Below are positions 62,736 to 64,000 of a stretch of 64,000 nt of DNA, piece by piece; the first letter of the stretch is position 1, and each line of letters begins with the position of its first letter. The stretch lies in the NCBI RefSeq assembly GCF_020745735.1, contig NC_083448.1, positions 6,508,006 to 6,572,005 on the forward strand, written 5' to 3'. A model generated the notes under the pieces. The model ran no database searches. It saw only the letters and a list, made by a program, of their open reading frames with translations, and was not told the origin of the DNA. Origin of the DNA: Hemiscyllium ocellatum (Eukaryota). Both the position numbers and the translations under genes were made by a program.

Positions 62736-64000
62736 TCAGTTTCCAGTCACTTTGCTATTTTGTTTGGAAGTTTGGAAGAGAGTATGGAGTAGAAAATAAA
62801 TAACTTTTCCACAAAAGGCACATGCTCAAGACCTTAATTATTTTCATTTGGAACTTAAAGTGAGCACTGAAAGAAGATGGGAAAAGGTGAGCAAGAAGCC
62901 CATCACAGCTCAAAGGGCGTAAAAGTGAGAGAAAACACTAATTTTCTCAAATCTGCCCCTTCACGATTGGAAGGCTTCCATTTTTTCTTTCAAATTTAAA
63001 TCACTACAGATCTTCCATTTCCAAGTACATTCAAAATTCTTGTGCTAAACTCATTTTTAAGACTGTAAATTTGAAAACAAATAGATGAATGAACGTGTAT
63101 AGGAAGTGCACACAGGAATCTACTGTGAGATTAAGCACTTCCAGTAATTCATGGCATACAATCAACATTTTCAGTGGGCGAGCAGTGGCACATACATAAT
63201 TAGGAATACTCTTGTTAAATTTATATCCACAATTTACATAGATACAGCCTCAAGCATCCCAGCAGCTGTACTGATCCTTTGGCTACCACTCCTCCCTTCT
63301 TCTCTTAACCCGTCCAACAAGATAAACAAAATAAGAAATTCTCCCGGGAGCATGTACTTTTTCTTTTATGTTTTCCATAGATCATCTCCAAGCCTGTGGG
63401 CTTGTAAGTAACATGAATTTCAATTCCTTTCAAACCATTACAGAGATGTTAGTCTTCTGGGCTCTCATCACATTACTATTTCAAAAACAATTAAGCAAGA
63501 ATGCTAGCGGGATATACTTGGAGGATCAATGATTCCTGAATCGAGCTCAGATTGGTGACCGAAAGTCTCCTTTATCTACTGGTTGTAAGGGTCCCAGGTG
63601 AATTGGGCTTAGGCAGCAGTAGTCATATTTCTTGCTGCATAAAACTGCATAAAACTGGTCCATGTATAGAAATCATTTTCAATTGCACTTCGCAAACTAC
63701 CTTTGAAACTTGAAAAGTATCACTCATACAAAGCAAAATACTGGGAATGCTGAAAATTGACAACAGAAGCATCATTCTCATGAAGCATCAAAGACATGAA
63801 ATATTAACTCTGCTTCTCTTTCTCTCAGCACAGATACTGCTGGACCTGCTGAGTACTTCCAGCATTTTCTGTAAACAGTTCGAATTTCATGTGAGTTTGA
63901 GGCTTCACTCAGTATCTAACCATGTTGTACTGCTCCCTGATTAGTTAGTACAAGTGCTGCTCCTTAAGACTAACATTCCTCTTTTTGAAACACACTAGTC

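Overview
Vertebrate genomic DNA, AT-rich and CpG-depleted. The repeat families (HE1-like V-SINEs, CR1 LINEs with an esterase ORF1, Deu-domain SINEs) point to a cartilaginous fish, probably a shark. Two convergent protein genes are present. On the + strand are the last two exons of a Dickkopf gene best matching DKK4 (3504-3671 and 11297-11550). On the - strand are the last three exons of DNA polymerase beta, POLB (35030-35094, 29487-29626, 15390-15484). This is the same tail-to-tail POLB-DKK4 arrangement found in mammals. I could not find the upstream exons of either gene, so 35095-64000 is probably one POLB intron of at least 29 kb. Almost all other ORF-track entries are retroelement fragments or noise. 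The main unexpected signal is about 18-20 short (130-230 bp), ORF-less elements that appear derived from Penelope-like-element terminal repeats and carry minimal type I hammerhead ribozyme motifs (CUGANGA-N-stem II-GAAA-palindromic stem III-UH). Several cores are intact (38416, 50612, 51976). At least three families differ in stem sequence but keep the pairing and the catalytic core. Many copies are fold-back (inverted-duplicated) and flanked by 11-16 bp target-site duplications. One hammerhead sits directly behind a Penelope GIY-YIG endonuclease relic (56625-57020). Other points of interest are a TSD-flanked chimeric inverted 156-bp duplication, a Val303-to-Ser change in the POLB XRCC1-binding loop, and a strong cryptic splice acceptor donated by a sense-oriented full-length CR1. 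No rRNA, true tRNA genes or CRISPR arrays were seen. All coordinates were read by eye, so repeat boundaries are approximate. No database searches or folding programs were run.
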